A program made the position numbers and the translations under genes. The notes below the pieces were generated by a model. That model was not told where the DNA came from and searched no databases. It saw nothing but the letters and a program-made list of their open reading frames with translations. From contig WELA01001098.1 of assembly GCA_009602735.1 (NCBI GenBank), positions 10,469 through 67,814 on the forward strand: a DNA stretch of 57,346 bases, read 5' to 3'. Source of the stretch: Mesotaenium endlicherianum (lineage: Eukaryota). Shown one piece after another: positions 24,101 through 36,384 of this stretch (positions are counted from its first letter, which is position 1; each line of letters opens with the position of its first letter).

Positions 24101-27100
24101 GGACGGCGCCGTCCCAATTGGACGGGGGCCACGCAAGGGGCGAGTGAGCAAAAGCTAGCAACTGCGAGAGCTTCAGAGAGATCTCTGCCTAAACTGCCCC
24201 TGGACCTCTAAACCCTAAACCATCCGTACCTTTTGTGCGGAACTGCAGCAAAAATACATATCTCGACATGTCGTAGAGCAACATGTATTTTCATACAACA
24301 GCAGACACGCCATCGACTACGCCGTCATTGCTCTGAAAGTGAGTGACTATACAGCTCACGCTAACGCTATGGTACTGCAGTTGTGGAACAATAACATGTG
24401 TCCGGAGCCACTGGGAAAGGCTGTGACATACGCTACGATCAAAACAAGGCAGTGTTTGCGCAAGTGAGTTTCATACGTGTACAAAGGTCCGTACACATGT
24501 ATAAGATGTGTACACGCACACAAGCACGCTTACATGCACACACACACACACGCATACGCACGCGTGTTGACTTCCATGTGCGCACATACATGTCAATATC
24601 TATACGCGAAGTACATGCAAATACACATATATATAAACATTGGTACATATGCACACACACATACATATATATTATATATTTATATCCATAAATGTCTTCG
24701 ATGCTGCTTGTATTTGCAGACCCGCCGCATGTCACCGAGCACACACTGGACTGAGGGGGGCCAAGTTGGGACAGTCGAGCACAGAGGAGGCAGGGGAAGC
24801 GCCCGGTGGCATACGTTTGCAAACTCCACGTCAGCAGCGCCAACAGCGTCCTGCACCTTCTGGCGGTCCACCTTCAGCTGCACACGTGGAGGCCAACGGG
24901 AGTGACACATGGCATGATAAGGACGGGCATGGCCATATGCGTCCCCTTTCTTCTGCGCCCCTTACATGTGCTTGTGTATGGGTCCGTGCGGGAGAGTGTG
25001 TGTGTGTGTGTGTGTGTTTGTTGGCGGGAAAAAGGGGGCAAGATGGGAATGCATGTGCTTCTTTCTGTGGGATGCATACTTATATCTGTTTACATTTGTG
25101 CTTGCATATGTATGTCTGTATATGTGTATATGTGCATATATGTATGAATACGTCTATATATATGCACGTATATATTCAATGTACGTGGAACCCCCCTGAA
25201 ACACACACACACACGCACACACATATACGCGGACACACACACACACACACACACACAAACGCGCGCGCGCGCGCATTCTCTGTCTTCCTGTTGTGGAAAG
25301 GAACATATCATCTGCGAGTGAGTGCAAACGTCGATAGAAGGCACGTCAAACTGACGCGTCTGGTTGCATGTACGTGTCCACATGCATGCGTGCATGTGCG
25401 CGTTGGTATCTTGATGACGATGGGTCCAGTATGGGAGTATACAGGACGTGTACCCACGCAGGCATGCGTCTGTATACGTGCCGACAATCGAGAATAGAGG
25501 ACGTGGCAAGGATGTTGAAGACAAAAAAATGATGTGAGCAAGAGAGCGTGAGCGCGTGTCTCCGCGAGCTCCCATGAGTTTGTGTCGAGTGCGTGCGCAC
25601 ATGAGTATCTGTACCTGTGTGGGTGTGTGTGTGTGTGTGCGTGCACGCGCGTGTGCATGCAAGTGTGTACGTGCACTTGGTGTGGCCGTTTGCTTAGACA
25701 TTGTGTGTGTCTGCGAGTGCGCGTATGCGTGAGTGTCTGTGTACGTGAGACGAAGTGAGGGCCAGGGAGTGAGGGAGGAGGGAACAATGGAGGGAGGGAG
25801 GGAGGGAGGGAGAGAGGGACTGTCACACCTTGAGCCTTCTGGCGGTGAGATAGAACGCCACAGCAGTGAACACGGGCCGTGCGAAATCGGCCGTCTGTCT
25901 CCGCCCCTCCGGCAGGGCTGCACTTCAGACAACAGACAAACTTGGGTGGGTTCAGACAGACAGACACCAGGAAGTGCTGATGGCTTCAAGAGTTTGAAAC
26001 TAGGGTTGAGGTTTCGGATTAGGTGAGGGTTTGCGGTGAAAGGCCTAGGTTAGGCTTAGGGTTAAGGTTAGGGCTCGAATTGAGGAAGGCAGAGCGTTCA
26101 GCAGCAAACAGAGAATTTGGCATCTTTTCAATTTCCTGTTTGGAGATTTCCCCATCATAAGCATAGGTGTGAGCAAGAACACGACAGGTGTATCGGAATG
26201 TTGTTGAATACTTCTGAAGTATTCAGCTCTTGTTGAGCCTTGCAGGTGCGCTTTGGCGCAGCTGGCACCCGCATGATGATGAGAGAGAAACAAGGATACT
26301 GCAGGGACTCTGCAGCCACAAGTTCTCCCTTCCCCCCCCCGCATCCGTGCAAGTGTAGGTCTAGCTGCACTTTCAGAGCCCTGGATTCAAATTAGAGCTC
26401 ACGTGAGCATATCACACACTCGTCCAACTCTCCACTGAAGGCAGTCAGAGGACAACGAAATATTCATTATATTATTATTAATTATATTAATTATATTATT
26501 ATTATTATTATTATATTATATTATTAATATTTATTACTTATAGTCTGACTTGGGGTACCTTGCCGAATCTTTTTTAAGATGCACTGCAAACATAGGTGCT
26601 CAGACACGTGATTGGCAGTTATGCATCCATTATTGAATCCTCCCACGTAGAAGACCAGCACGCAGCATGGAGCCCTTTCACATACGGATCCACACACACG
26701 ATAAGAAATGAATACAGATGAGGATATGCGTTTGCATTTCATGCGAATGTGTGCAGATATATGCATACCATCCGCATGTGAGTGTGTGCGTGTGCGCACG
26801 TGCGCGCGTGTGTGTGCGCACGCGTGCGTGTATGTGCACGTGTGTGTGTTTGCAAGTGTGTGTGCGTGCGTGCGTGTGTGTGTGTGTATGTGTGTGTGTG
26901 TGTGTGTGTGTGCGTGCGTGTGCGTGTGTGTACTCGTGGACGTGTATGCGCATGGGAAGTGAAGCTGACTGCCCTCCCCCACGAAAGCTCACTCATACTG
27001 ATTCAAAAAATGCTTCAAGAAATCCAAAAAATCACTAGTATTAAGGGAAAACAAGACACCTCTCCCTCCCCTCAAAATCAAGTTAGTCATCGCCTTATAC

Positions 27101-30100
27101 TGTGTATTTTTTTGCGTCAGTACATCACACTCTACAACTAGCAAACACACCAGGATAGGAGAGAGAAGTTGTACCTGCAATGAACCGCTGCTTGTACCTG
27201 CACCCACCCCCCACCCCCCCCATTATGCACACCACCCCCGGCCCCCCCAGTAACCACACACCAGCTTGCAAAGATGTCAATACAGATGTTTTCTTTGCAC
27301 TGCGTGCACGACTAGGCCACGATGAAGAAGGGCCCGAACAAGTTATTCTTGGAAACCCAAAAAGCTTATGGAGAGAGAGAGAGCGAGAGAGGGAAAGAGA
27401 ACGAGAGACGCGGAGAAAGAGAGCTCTAGGAGAGGGAGAATGGACGTGCTGCCCGAGATTTGAGGCAGTCCAGCCTGGCCCAGAAAAAGTCTAAAAGCGA
27501 GAGACGGCCTTACCTTCACGGATGAAGCTGCTCGTGGATCATGCATGCGTGTGAATTATACGCATTCGCAAGAAGGTTTGAGTACGCACGAGTGCGAAGA
27601 ACACAAACAAAGTTTCTAACAGAGGCGTGTTCACTAACAGAGGCACGTACATTCTCCAGCGCAGCCATGGATATACATGGACACCTGCTTCCACGCATGT
27701 TTACGTCTGCAATGGCGCACAGAAGCTCACATACACTACGTAGATACATGCGTCCATCCATGCATGCAGACGCACATACGTACGTTCGTTCGTGCGTACG
27801 TATTCGCGTACGTACATGCGTGTATATGTGTGTGCGTGCATCCACACGTCCGTCCACGCGTACATGCACGCATGCAGGCACACAGAAGGCAGGTGCGGAT
27901 GCAAGTGCTTGCAACCAGGCGTGCACATGCACACGTGCGCGCATTGCGCTACTCACAGGGTGAGGTTCCGCTGCACCACATCTGCGAGGCGCACACACCC
28001 GAACTGGATGGCCAGCTCCCTGATGCTCACGTGGGGCCTGCACCGGCCAGCACCACAAGAAATGATACCCCGAGGTTGCTGTCATCTTTGCCCTTCTCAT
28101 GGTGAGGAGAGCAGGGGCTTGCACTATATGCATCCCTCTCCTCTCTAGAATCCAATGGGAGACCGGCGCAATGCTCGAAGCGAGGAAAAAGAAACGGAGT
28201 GCTCAAGAGACAGTCCACCTAACGTACACGCAGAGGGTCTCAGAGTGTAGCTGGCTGCCTTGTGTGTTCAAAACATTAAACTTGATCGATGGAGACGAAG
28301 CCCTTGGTGAAAATCGGCACTATTGCCTTGCCCCCTTGTCGCACAATCAAGCCCAAACATCTGTCCCCTGGCCCCTGTCGCCACTGCCAAAGCCCTATAC
28401 GATCCCAGCAGCACCTCTCAGCCTCATCGCTTCGTCATCCTGTCCCCCTCATCCCGAGCCTCGCGTCATCCCCAGCCTCGTTCCGAGCCTCCTGCTGACG
28501 CCCGGCCTCATCCCCAACCTCTTGCCATGCACTCCCCACCTCCATCGCCGGCCGATGGCTATCCCATGCCCACCTCTCTCCTTCCCATCCTCCCCCTTTC
28601 CCTTCCTGGTCCCCATCTCCCCGTCCCTGCCCCTGTCCTGTCCCCCTCTGTCCCGTCCTTATTCCCGCCCCTGTCGCCCTCTGCGCCGCTCCCCTCGCCG
28701 TTCCCGACCACCTCTGCCCCGTCCCCCTCTGCTGCGTCCCCGTCCCCGTCCCCGTCCCTGTCGCTGTCCCCAACCCCGTCCCCGTNNNNNNNNNNNNNNN
28801 NNNNNNNNNNNNNNNNNNNNNNNNNNNNNNNNNNNNNNNNNNNNNNNNNNNNNNNNNNNNNNNNNNNNNNNNNNNNNNNNNNNNNNNNNNNNNNNNNNNN
28901 NNNNNNNNNNNNNNNNNNNNNNNNNNNNNNNNNNNNNNNNNNNNNNNNNNNNNNNNNNNNNNNNNNNNNNNNNNNNNNNNNNNNNNNNNNNNNNNNNNNN
29001 NNNNNNNNNNNNNNNNNNNNNNNNNNNNNNNNNNNNNNNNNNNNNNNNNNNNNNNNNNNNNNNNNNNNNNNNNNNNNNNNNNNNNNNNNNNNNNNNNNNN
29101 NNNNNNNNNNNNNNNNNNNNNNNNNNNNNNNNNNNNNNNNNNNNNNNNNNNNNNNNNNNNNNNNNNNNNNNNNNNNNNNNNNNNNNNNNNNNNNNNNNNN
29201 NNNNNNGGGGGGGGGGCTCCTTGAGCAGAGGCGACACACTCACGCACACACACTCGCACGCACCTGAGGCCAAGCGCATTCTGGAGCGCGGACAGCGAGC
29301 GCGCGTGCGCCTTGTCCGACAGCCCGCTCACCCGCATGGCGCGCTGCCGGTCCACGCTCACCTGCTGGCTACGCTCCCTCGCCCACAGACACACACACGC
29401 ACACATGCACACACACACACACACGTGCAAGCACGCGCCGGAAGCGGCCGCCCGTCCACCCACCAGCAGTGGCAGCAGCAGCAGCAGAAAAGATAGCGCA
29501 AGCGTCAGGCCCTTCTTCTCCCCTTCATGTATTATGCGTGCTTGCTCGTGTATGCGTGCGTGGGTGTGCGTGCACGCGCGCATATGTGTGTGTGTGTGTG
29601 TGTGTATGTGCGTGTGTGTTGTCGCTTTCTTCAAGATTAGAAAGCTTAGTGAGGGAAGCCTCAGGCACTTGACACACACGTGCGTGCGTGCGTTTGAGTG
29701 CGCAAGTCTGCATAGAGAAACAGCAAGCACCAGCAAGATTCTATGTGCCCTCTACTAAGTACCAGATTTAGAGATGAAACTAGCTGCATGCAATACAGCG
29801 CGTTTTATATCACCAGTACCATACTACCAGAGCCATATTTTAGATTGAAACTGGAGTGTGAATCTGAAGTTGAACCTAAACTCGGACATGTACCTGGACG
29901 TTTTCCAGACCCTCCAAGTTTATTGACTAGCACAATTTGAAGATGTAGGAGCCCCTAGGCCATCAGTTAGCAGCCAGCTGGCAGGCAGGTAGGTAGGTCG
30001 GTGAGCTGGCGCTTACGTGCTGCAGGCGAGCTCGATGCACAGGACAATCTTCGCAAACTCGCCCTGCGTGCCACGTCAGCATTGTGCCACGTCATCAGTC

Positions 30101-31140
30101 AGTGAGTGCCAGCCGGCACTTACTTGGTCAGCTAGGTACCCCACGCCCCATCAGCACCAGTGTTAAGTGGTGGATGGGAAAGTCAACACCTCACATGCAC
30201 GCACTATAGCACTAGCTCTGACCTCAGTCAGCCGCCCATCCAGCTGGCCAGCCGGCCAGAGCCAGTGCCACAGTTAGTGCATATCAGAGCCCGTGGCCTG
30301 GTCAATGCCATTGGCAAGGTCAATGCCAGTGGTACGGTCAATGCCAGTGGCACGGTCAATGCCAGTGGCACGCTCAATGAAAGTCAATACCAGCTAGTGT
30401 AAGTCAACGGTAAGTCAACAGGTGTGAAGTGTCTGGACCAATGCAAGGTTTACAGGGGTCCACACGAGTGTGGTGCTCTAATATGCACTGCAGTCAGTCA
30501 CTCACGCCAGCCAGTTGAGACTGCCACTGTTCCTTGAGGGGTTTTGCTCTCCAGTAGGGATTGACTCTACCAGAAAGTATTAGTGAATCCCAGCCCTTTG
30601 GTGGTCCGCAAAGCTTCAACGCTAAATCCTCCCCCCCAATTAGGAGCTCCATCAGGTTGAAGATGTAGACACTCTTAAGAGTGAGTGATTTGGAGGGAGA
30701 ATACTAGGAGTGAGTAAGATGACGGGTACATTATACGAGCGTAAGAGCCCCCCTGGACGTTGATCACGTTGAGTATGCTACAGCACTATTGCAGACCCAT
30801 ATAAGATGAAATGCCAAACCCTCGGATGTGCAGTCAGGATCAATATTGACTCAACTACTTCTCTACCGCAGGAGATATCTTGGCCGGAAGAAGGGCTGCC
30901 TCTATGTAATGAAAATTACGCTAGAGACTGAAGGCTCGACAACACTACTGAATATTGCTAGCTCTTGGAGGTGCAAATTGGCCTCAAAATGATGAAGTGG
31001 TTGTCGTCAGTGTATCTTACGATGCCAAATGCGGCTGACTCAAAGCGCAGGTTGCACAACCGGTGCAACTCCTGCGCCTTCCTCGCCAACTTTGGTGCTT
31101 CTTCAAGTCCCATCTTCCGCATCAAGGATTTCACATCCAT
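20334..31140 (-). CDS. ORC6: Origin recognition complex subunit 6
   Basis: Eleven phase-consistent GT-AG exons: 31140-31021, 30063-30017, 29368-29264, 28037-27957, 27197-27175, 25917-25829, 24877-24815, 24082-23998, 22081-21927, 21380-21278, 20383-20334. Translation: [154 protein letters not shown]. This is colinear with plant ORC6 as I recall it (RELAVQFGCVR, ADFTRPVFTAAAFYL, KYEDWK). Confidence 0.93.
30300..30379. repeat. 18-bp minisatellite (ggtcaatgccagtggcac) x4.4 in ORC6 intron 1
   Basis: Units start at 30300, 30318, 30336 and 30354, with a partial unit at 30372. Confidence 0.85.
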
Positions 31141-31487
31141 TGAGCCTCTTCACAAATATCCCCAAATTTGGCTATACAATGGCTATACAATGGGAAACAG
31201 CCTTTTCCTGGGACGGCTACAAGTGAGCTGCCAAAGATTGTGTAGCGGACGATTTTCGGAGCTGATCAGTGACGGGGACAGGCTTGAGCTTACGGTCTTA
31301 GTTCATGGATTCAAACAACAGAGGGTGTCCAATATATCTGCCAGACTGTGACAGACTGCTTCTTTACTTCCGACAACAGGAGGAAACAGATCGTCTTGCT
31401 ATAATACTACCTGCTAGAGGCGATGCCCAACGAACGTGTGGGACAGGTATACTTAGGAAGATGCATTTATTAGTGTCGAGTGTCTGT

Positions 31488-31535
31488 CTTCCCGCTCGTC
31501 TCGTTCCCCTGCTCAATTCGAACAAGCGCGGGAAG
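31488..31535. promoter_or_regulatory. Pair of E2F-like motifs upstream of ORC6
   Basis: CTTCCCGC at 31488-31495 and GCGGGAAG at 31528-31535 (inverted), about 350-395 bp upstream of the ORC6 ATG. Each has one mismatch to TTTCCCGC. Plant ORC genes are known E2F targets. Confidence 0.35.
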
Positions 31536-33179
31536 GCCAGTGTACATTGAAGTCCAGCAGAAGTATAAGAGATATTTCTGTAAAGATATCCTTTGCGAAA
31601 GTAAAGTGAATTCGAGACAAAAGGATAATGTTTATTACTGAGAATATACTTCGCATAACGCATGCGGATCGATGAAGTTTTTCGGGTATTCTGCAATTCG
31701 CTGGTATTTACTGGCAATGTATAGCCTCCAGTTCAACCAGGTCCAAAACTGGTCCAGCCTAGTTCAACAAGTCTAACCCCAGCGTAAAAGTACGTCAAAT
31801 TGCGTCAAATGCAGACCCAAACTTATATTAGTGTAGTATATATCGTCGACTTAGCTCGTATAGAGACATTCAGCATGCCATCATCATCACTCCATCCCAC
31901 TTCCATTCAACTCCTCTCCGTGTAATATCCATAACAGAAACATCAGAGCAGACTCGTTCAAAGAGTTCTTATACGAGTTCTAAGGTGCTGCAGCAAACCT
32001 TGAGGATAGTTCTACTTTTTCGTGTCGGACTCTCCTTTGCTCAGATGACCATTCACACGAAGAATGTTGTGGTGATCAACATGGCCTAGGTAAGCGAATT
32101 AAAGAGTCGTTAAGAACCTGCTCTCGGCTTGGATGCGCTCTCACAGAGGCTTTCTTGCTGTTTCCGTCCATCTTATCTGCTCTAAAAGTGAAACGTTGTG
32201 CTTGGTGCACCCTCAGGTTGGCACGTGTGAAGAGAGTTAAGTACTTTGATGCATCAATGCTTTTTCAGATAGTGCGGTGATTTCTGACTCATGCACTACC
32301 CTTGCGATTTGTTGTCGAATTTTGGAAAAGCGTGCCCAAGTGGTCTTCTTCTGATTGAGACTGGCAATATGTGATAGGACATTCTCAAAGCTGTTCCTGC
32401 ATTTGACATGCATGATCATTGGCTGCGCCGCCCAGACACCCGTTCGATATCTTTAGTTACTCGCAAGGTGGCTGTCTTTTTGCCTTGCAGGTGTACGTTA
32501 GCTTTCTGCTACCTCTTACTTCCTCTCTCTTGCTCCCTGGTGGACAGTCTTTGAAGAAATAGACGTCCTGCGAGACAGAAATTGGAAGAAGTGTCCCCCA
32601 AGCAGCGTACTTTAGTGTCTGTTGTAGCAAAGGACAGAAAGAGCGTTTCCAGCTTGACTTTTTACGCGACAGGTTCCAAACAAGGAGCTACTTAAAAGGG
32701 TGACATTGCCTGCTGGTAGTGGTGTGAGCAATTTGCAGCAGGCAGGAACACTTGGTGACAGTACTTCCATAGATGCAGGCCAAGCAGAAGTATACTTAGA
32801 TCAGAGCTCAAGTGCAAGTGGACGTAGCAAATGCACGCTAGATGCCAGGTGGCTAGGTACTTCTTCCCCTCTCCAGCTGATGTTGTTGGCCAAGCAGCCA
32901 TGCATCTTTGTCTCATAATTTGAACGAGAAGCGACGACTTAATTCCTCTAGTCTTCTTCCAGAGGAGCAGCAGTGAGGTGGTATTCAACAAGCAACTGGT
33001 TTGGGAGAGCAACCAGAGGGCCGTGAGTGCAATTCATTTTTCTTTGTTTAGAGGTGAAGCAGCAGTTTGTCATCCGCCTTTCTTCATTCAGGGAGCTGCA
33101 GGTGGCAGGTATTTAAAAGGCTGTCAAACTTCAAGCAGTTGGTCCCGAGGGGAGTGACGGGGGCGGTTCTAAGAGGGCC

Positions 33180-35043
33180 ATGAATACGGACGAGCCCGTG
33201 CACCGGGTGTCTCTCTCCGGCGCCGTTCTCGCATCCCTGCTGGAGCATGTGTCGTCCGGCCATGGCGACAGCGACGGCATTCTGTTCGGGAGCCTGGTAA
33301 GGCAGCAGATTACCTCTCTGGAGGACAACGTGGAGGAGCAGAGCGTGCGGGAGGAGAGGACAGCTGTCGTCACGGGGCTGTGCTCCACGGGGCGCCCCAT
33401 GAGCTTCTTCGACGGCACGGGAGCCCTCGATCACGCCAGGCTGGCGCAGATCCTGGCCGCGCGCTCGCAGGGCGCCAGCGGGTGCGGCGATCCCCCCATC
33501 GGATGGTTTGCGCAGCGTCGGAACACCCCCCTGCGCCCCTCCATGAGAGAGAGCTCCGTGTGCGCTCACTTCAGAGCCCTCTCCTCCCCTCAGCCGCAGC
33601 CCCAGCACCAGCACCAGCACCAGCAGTCACAGCCCCCGCACCAGCAGCAGCAGCACCAGTTGTCAGAGCACCAGCAGCTCCAGCAGCAGCAGCCCCAGCA
33701 CCAGTCACAGTCACAGCCCCAGCAGCAAGAGCAGCAGGAGCAGCAGCAGGAGCAGCAGCAGGAGCTGCTCTCGAGGCCGATGGGTGTGCCGGCCTCGTCG
33801 CCCTTCCTCTTCCTCCTCGTCTCGGGCTCCATGGATCCCGCGCGCGCGACCCACACGTACGAGTACAAGGCGTTCCAGTACCACCCCAGGGCCTGGGGTT
33901 TTAGCCTGGAGCCTCGGGACGTCAGCGTGGTCAACATCGGCCCGGCCTTCCGAGGGCAGTACGAGTCCTTCGCCCCCACAGCCCCCTTCCCGCTCCTTCC
34001 ACGGCCGCCTGCCGTCAGCGCTGACGTGGACATCCCTGATGGCCGGCACGCTTCTGCCAGCTCAGCAGATGTGCACGGGGAAGGAGGGGCGCCTGATGCA
34101 GGCAGGCCTGGCATGGGCAGAGCAGGTGGAGGCAGGGGGAGGAGTAGCGGGGGGGCGATTCACCATGCTCCAGAAAGGGAGCCGGATGGTTCAGAGAGGG
34201 ATCCAGGTGGCGCGGGCGAATCTGCGGGGGGCTCCCGAGTGGCGACTCTCAGATCGCTGGTGGGGAGGGAGGGGCAGAGGCCATTGGTCCACCTGGAGCG
34301 GCTGTACTCGCAGATGCTGGCTGAGCTGGACTCGCTGGCGAAGGATGTCGGCGAGAGCTCATTGGCTCTCAGGAGGCAGGTAGGCGTGCTTGGTTGGGGG
34401 AATTTGCAAATCTGTAAGAGGAGGGAGGAGGGGTGGAAGGGGAGGGGGAAAAGGTGGAGGGGAAGTGGGGGAAGGGGTGGGAGGGGGAAGGGAGGAAGTG
34501 GGGCGTTCTGCGTGCATGGCCTGTAATATTGTGCTCTGTAGTGAAGGCTGGAGTCTGTTTCTTACGCCCTCGATGTCTATAAATCTTCTGGTGTGGGTTA
34601 GTGCGGAGAGCTTGTGTTGGGACTGTGGGACAAAAAGGATCCGTCATTAAAAGGGCTCAGATGCTCTGGTTCTCGAAATCTGGTGAGGCTTACCTGGAAC
34701 GGTAGGATTGGCTCTTGAGGCGTGCTTTATCCATCTGCTGCTGCTGCTTAGATGGCAGGGTTGACCTCTTTGACTTCACCATTCTTCTTTCTGCTTTTAA
34801 TATTGTCAGTTGCCGGCAGCCTATGTTCAAATTCTCAAGTCTTTGAAGGCCTGGCATGCGTAATGCTGCTACTTAGTGATGATGAAATGTACGGTTGTTT
34901 GAGTGTGGTTTCAGAAGACTAAGTATTGGCAGAAGTGAATTCAGCACGACTTCAGTGGAACTGTGTTGCAGGCGGAGTTAAATGTGAGATTACAGGCAAC
35001 CATTGCTCAAGGAGAGTACTCAAACGCGCGAGATTTAATATGA
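33180..35043 (+). CDS. Abraxas/FAM175 family (BRCA1-A/BRISC scaffold, MPN- domain) protein
   Basis: Exon 1 is 33180-34379 (400 codons, CAG|gtaggc). Predicted exon 2 is 34972-35043 (ttgcag|AELNVRLQATIAQGEYSNARDLI*). Motifs VSLSGAVLASLL, DSDGILFG, SFFDGTG, IGWFAQRRNTPLRPSMRE, FLLVS..THTYEYKAFQY, VVNIGPAFRGQYESF and a C-terminal coiled coil (LERLYSQMLAELDSLAKDV) fit plant Abraxas-like proteins. Confidence 0.85.
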
Positions 35044-35115
35044 GACCTGAAAAAAGTGTGTACAATGGCTCTTTCATTTTTCCTTTGATGAAAGAAAGGC
35101 AGCATTGATGCTTTT

Positions 35116-35618
35116 TGTAGTGAAACAGATAGATAAAGTACTTAGTAAAACAGAATAGTTTGTCTATTCAAGACAAGGATCTTTGAACACAAGTGGTAGC
35201 TTCTTGAAAGAGAGATGGCTTCTTGAAAGTTAATATATTTCTGGATTTTGGCAAGTACAAGAGTGATTCTGGAATGTCTTTCTATGTTCTAGCTCTTGTT
35301 TATATACTTGCTACATAAGTAATTTCTAGGAAGGTGTATGTTGATGTGTTGGCACCCAACACATCCCAAAACTTGCCACCTCTTTCTAGAATAATGTACA
35401 CATGTCCTTTTGACCTAAAAATGGCACATTTGACTTTTGCCACATGGAGTTCTTCTAGGTCTTTCCTCTAACTTCGAAAATGCCTTGGAAGGTTCAAAGG
35501 ACATGAACCAAGTTACTAGAGTACCTATTCACACTTGACTCCACACAATACTACTCCAAATATATTTGAAAACATTAAAATATATGCAAACTAATATATA
35601 ATAACTCAAATCACTACA
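35116..35618 (-). repeat. 3' LTR
   Basis: 503 bp, TG...CA. I count about 4 substitutions against 41289-41791 by eye. The PPT-like gggggggtga lies at 35619-35628 on the minus strand. Confidence 0.95.
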
Positions 35619-36384
35619 TCACCCCCCCGATAGAAAAAGCGACGTCTCGGCGCGTCAAGTCAGGTCTTACACATGTGGAGCAAACTAGTCAACAGTTTCA
35701 AGTCAGATGCCACACATGTGAAGAGGACTAGTCAAAGGCGCCAAGTCAGGTGCTACACATGTAAGGTAGACTAGGCAAGGTCGTAGGTGGTGTGACCTTA
35801 TTGGCTAGCCTACTCCTTAATGATAAAGAAAATTGTACAAGTTGGCCCAGAATCTGCCACAAATTCAAAAATTCATAGCGGCCACAGAACTGCTCCGAAT
35901 CTAAAAATTTGAGTGCCAGACGGACCGCGTCGGAGAACTGTACCGGGTCACCAAATTTGAGAGCATTCTCATTTCTGGAGTGTCGTTGAGAGCTGAGAGA
36001 GTAGGCACTCCAAATCTGTGCAGAAACTTCTGAAAATCATAAGTCCTTCTATGCTTCTCCAAATTCTGCAAACTAAGTCTCAAACTGGGCGCTGTAAGAT
36101 GTTCTACCAGAGTCTTGAGTTTCAGAGCATTCCAAGTTCAGGGGAAGGCACAATGTCAGAAGGCATATTCTGTCCTAACAATGCCAGCAGCCTGACCCCC
36201 TTCTACTTAGAGCATCATATCTCTCTCACCAGTGCTCCAAATTGAGCAAACTTGGACTCTAAATGACCGGCTACTCATGGACTACAGCCAGGTAAATTTT
36301 CAGAATTTATTATGCAGAGACCTATTACCAGTAGCAGTTTTAGTTTTCTGTCCAGAAACTGCGAGAAGAGAAGAGTGTCTAATG

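Noticed and set aside
20718..29758. Many CVCV/HTHT-rich ORFs, including 285-465 aa ones
   Set aside because: (CA/TG)n-derived and gap-spanning sequence within ORC6 introns.
34380..34526. Unspliced Abraxas C-terminus VGVLGWG...VHGL
   Set aside because: It follows a good donor (CAG|gtaggc) and reads through G-rich low-complexity intron sequence. The spliced exon at 34972 better continues the coiled coil.
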